Shown in pieces: positions 17,574 through 20,000 of a DNA stretch of 20,000 bases. A program made the translations under genes and the position numbers. Each line of letters begins with the position of its first letter. The stretch's first letter is position 1. The DNA comes from a bacterium (GTDB lineage: Bacteria; CLD3; SB21): positions 48,542 through 68,541 of the forward strand of contig JABWCP010000015.1 in assembly GCA_013360215.1 (NCBI GenBank), read 5' to 3'. The notes below the pieces were generated by a model. That model searched no databases and was not told the DNA's origin. It saw only the letters and a list, made by a program, of their open reading frames with translations.

Positions 17574-18326
17574 TTATCGGATTACACGCCCGCCGTCCAC
17601 TTGGATGACCTGACCGGTCATATAGGAAGCTTCATCCGACGCTAAAAACTTCACTGCATGGGCGACTTCTTCTGCGCTGCCCGGGCGACCAAGCGGAATG
17701 TATTTTAATATTTCCGCGACGACCGATTCGGAAAAATCTTTCGTCATATCGGTTTTGATATAACCCGGAGCAACGGAATTTACCGTTATGCCGTACGGTG
17801 CCAATTCCTTTGCGCTGGCCATCATTAATCCGTCAATCCCCGCTTTGGATGCAACATAGTTGGCTTGAAACGGATTCCCACCGAGCGCTACCACCGAAGA
17901 CATATGTATGATGCGCCCGTACCGCTGCTTCATCATGATCTTCGCCGCATATTTGGAACAGAAGAAAGCGCTTTTCAGATTGTTTTCGATGACCCAGTTC
18001 CATTCCTGTTCATCCATGCGCACCATCAAGCTATTCTTAAATACTCCGGCATTGTTAACCAAAATATCCAACCGACCAAATGCCTCCGTCGCCTTGTGTA
18101 TCAGTGCCTCCGCCTCCGTTGCAACAGATACATCGGCCACACAGGATACAAACTTTCCCGAAAATCCTAAGGCATTCAATTCATCCGTCGTTTGTTGAAC
18201 CCGTTCGGAAGTTTTTCCGTTGATCACAACCGATGCGCCGTGTTTCAAAAACTCTACGGCGATAGCTTTACCGATTCCGCGGGAGGAGCCGGTCACTACG
18301 GCAATTCGATTCGTCAAAGAACACAT
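17574..18326 (-). CDS. fabG: 3-oxoacyl-ACP reductase
   Basis: TGSSRGIG, LVNNAG, QANYVASK (YxxxK), VNSVAPGYIKTDMT, IPLGRPG and VDGG; lies between fabD and acpP. Confidence 0.92.
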   Translation of the reverse strand: MCSLTNRIAVVTGSSRGIGKAIAVEFLKHGASVVINGKTSERVQQTTDELNALGFSGKFVSCVADVSVATEAEALIHKATEAFGRLDILVNNAGVFKNSLMVRMDEQEWNWVIENNLKSAFFCSKYAAKIMMKQRYGRIIHMSSVVALGGNPFQANYVASKAGIDGLMMASAKELAPYGITVNSVAPGYIKTDMTKDFSESVVAEILKYIPLGRPGSAEEVAHAVKFLASDEASYMTGQVIQVDGGRVIR

Positions 18327-18362
18327 GGCGTTCGCCTTTGCTTATGCACAATAAAGGCAACG

Positions 18363-19301
18363 TTATATTACAAATTTAGCTAATTCATCGGCTTTTCCGA
18401 TGCATTCGCAGGATACACTTTTATCAATGCGCTTGATCAATCCCTGCAAAACATTACCGGGACCGATTTCAAAAAACTTAGTTGCACCGTCGGCGATCAT
18501 ACGCGTTACGGATTCTTGCCAGCGCACCGCACCTGTGATTTGTTCTACCAGCAAAGGCTGTACACGCTGAGCATCCGTCGTGGGTTCCGCCGATACATTG
18601 GCATACACCGGTAAACGCGCATCACTCAGTGTTATCGTTTTAAGTTTGTTCTGCACTTCAGCACGTGCCGGTTCCATCAAAGGTGAATGGAAAGCGCCGC
18701 TCACGACTAGCTCTTTTACCATACGAACGCCTTGGGCCTTGGCCATTTCCATAGCTTTCTGCACGCCGGCTACGGAACCGGAAATCACAATCTGTCCGGG
18801 GCTGTTAAAATTGGCACACTGCACGACGCCTGCTTCGCTGCTGGCGGTTTTGCAAATAGACACCAGCGGTTCAGGTTCCATACCGATAACGGCCGCCATC
18901 GTGCCTTTATTGATTTCACCCGCAAGTTGCATCGCTTCGGCTCGTACTTTGACAACGGCTAAAGCATCTTCAAAGGTTAGCACACCGGCGGCAACCAAAG
19001 CGGAATATTCGCCCAAACTGTGCCCCGCCGTCATATGAAATGTCACTTTATCCGTTCCAAACTTCTCACGCAGGACTTCCAGTAATGCCACGCTATGCAC
19101 AAAAATCGCTGGCTGTGTAATGCGCGTTTGTTTCAGCGCATCTTCCGGCCCTTCAAAACAAATTTTCGAAAAATCAGGACCGATAATTCGGTTGGCCGTT
19201 TCATACATAGCTTTGACAGTCGGAAATAGATCGTACAAATCTTTACCCATACCGACATACTGTGAACCCTGCCCGGGAAATACAAAAGCGATTTTACTCA
19301 T
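18363..19301 (-). CDS. fabD: Malonyl-CoA:ACP transacylase
   Basis: FPGQGSQ, TQPA, GHSLGEY (catalytic Ser), ANFNSPGQIVISG, VSGAFHS and EIGPG. Confidence 0.97.
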   Translation of the reverse strand: MSKIAFVFPGQGSQYVGMGKDLYDLFPTVKAMYETANRIIGPDFSKICFEGPEDALKQTRITQPAIFVHSVALLEVLREKFGTDKVTFHMTAGHSLGEYSALVAAGVLTFEDALAVVKVRAEAMQLAGEINKGTMAAVIGMEPEPLVSICKTASSEAGVVQCANFNSPGQIVISGSVAGVQKAMEMAKAQGVRMVKELVVSGAFHSPLMEPARAEVQNKLKTITLSDARLPVYANVSAEPTTDAQRVQPLLVEQITGAVRWQESVTRMIADGATKFFEIGPGNVLQGLIKRIDKSVSCECIGKADELAKFVI

Positions 19302-19373
19302 ACGATTTTTATTTATTTATTATTTTTATCCATGACAGTACAAGCCGACGGATTCGTCACATTCCGCTAATTA

Positions 19374-20000
19374 TTAATACGCCCAGCGCAACAAAATACT
19401 GCTGCATGTAAATCCGCCGCCGAATGCAGCGATCACGACCAAGTCATTTTTCTTCAGACGACCATTGCTGACCGACTCCGATAAGGCAATCGGAATGGTG
19501 CCGGCCGTGGTATTACCGAAACGATCAATATTAATCACAACTTTACTCTCATCCAATCCCATACGATTGGCCGCACTATCTATAATACGCTTATTGGCTT
19601 GATGGGGCACAAAAAGCGCTACGTCTTTACCGGTATAACCGTTTCGTTCGACGATCAACGCAGACGCTTCGCTCATACCTTTGACGGCATATTGATATAC
19701 ATTTTTCCCATCCTGAAAAACATAATGCATCTTTTTGTCAACCGTTTCATGTGAAGGCGGATTAAGGCTGCCGCCGCCGGGCATATTAAGATACTGCGCC
19801 CCGTTACCATCTACGGTGTTATAATAATCTAAAATACCGATCGTATCTTCTTCAGAACGCTCAAGTAAAACGGCGCCAGCTCCGTCGCCGAACAATATAC
19901 AGGTATTGCGATCGGTATAATCAATGATCGAACTCATTTTATCGGCGCCCACGACGATTACTTTTTTGGCCGTACCGGATTCGATAAATTGAGTGCCCGA
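19374..20000 (-). CDS. fabH: 3-oxoacyl-ACP synthase III, 5'-truncated by the window edge
   Basis: The frame is open to position 20000 (SGTQFIESGTAKKVIVVGADKMS...). Motifs DRNTCILFGDGAGA, PHQANKRII (catalytic His), GNTTAGTIP (catalytic Asn) and AFGGGFT. Confidence 0.95.
   Translation of the reverse strand, partial: SGTQFIESGTAKKVIVVGADKMSSIIDYTDRNTCILFGDGAGAVLLERSEEDTIGILDYYNTVDGNGAQYLNMPGGGSLNPPSHETVDKKMHYVFQDGKNVYQYAVKGMSEASALIVERNGYTGKDVALFVPHQANKRIIDSAANRMGLDESKVVINIDRFGNTTAGTIPIALSESVSNGRLKKNDLVVIAAFGGGFTCSSILLRWAY

Noticed and set aside
19302-19373. AT-rich TTTA-like repeats and a 4-bp hairpin (GACG-GATT-CGTC) between fabH and fabD
   Set aside because: This is a low-complexity A-rich translation leader on the minus strand, and the hairpin is too weak to call.

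Overview
All 20 coding regions lie on the minus strand, tightly packed and co-directional. In transcription order (right to left) the window holds: (1) a type II fatty-acid synthesis cluster, fabH (5'-truncated)-fabD-fabG-acpP-fabF, followed by rnc (RNase III); (2) only 15 bp later, a surface-polysaccharide locus with ugd and a WbpA/WbpI/WbpB/WbpD/WbpE-like set for a 2,3-diacetamido-uronic acid, interrupted by a Wza/KpsD-like multi-SLBB export protein; (3) rfbF-rfbG-rfbH for CDP-4-keto-3,6-dideoxyglucose, then a translationally coupled UDP-xylose-synthase-like SDR, an FkbM methyltransferase and a split transketolase. The second transketolase subunit (829 to <1) is missing from the ORF track because it runs off the window edge. 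The best candidate for an uncharacterised system is this last module, inferred to make a C4-branched, possibly O-methylated higher-carbon 3,6-dideoxy sugar. Also notable are an amphipathic N-terminal extension on RNase III and a long 17-bp terminator-like hairpin between acpP and fabF. Gene order suggests an FCB-group bacterium (inference only). I saw no RNA genes, mobile elements or CRISPR arrays.
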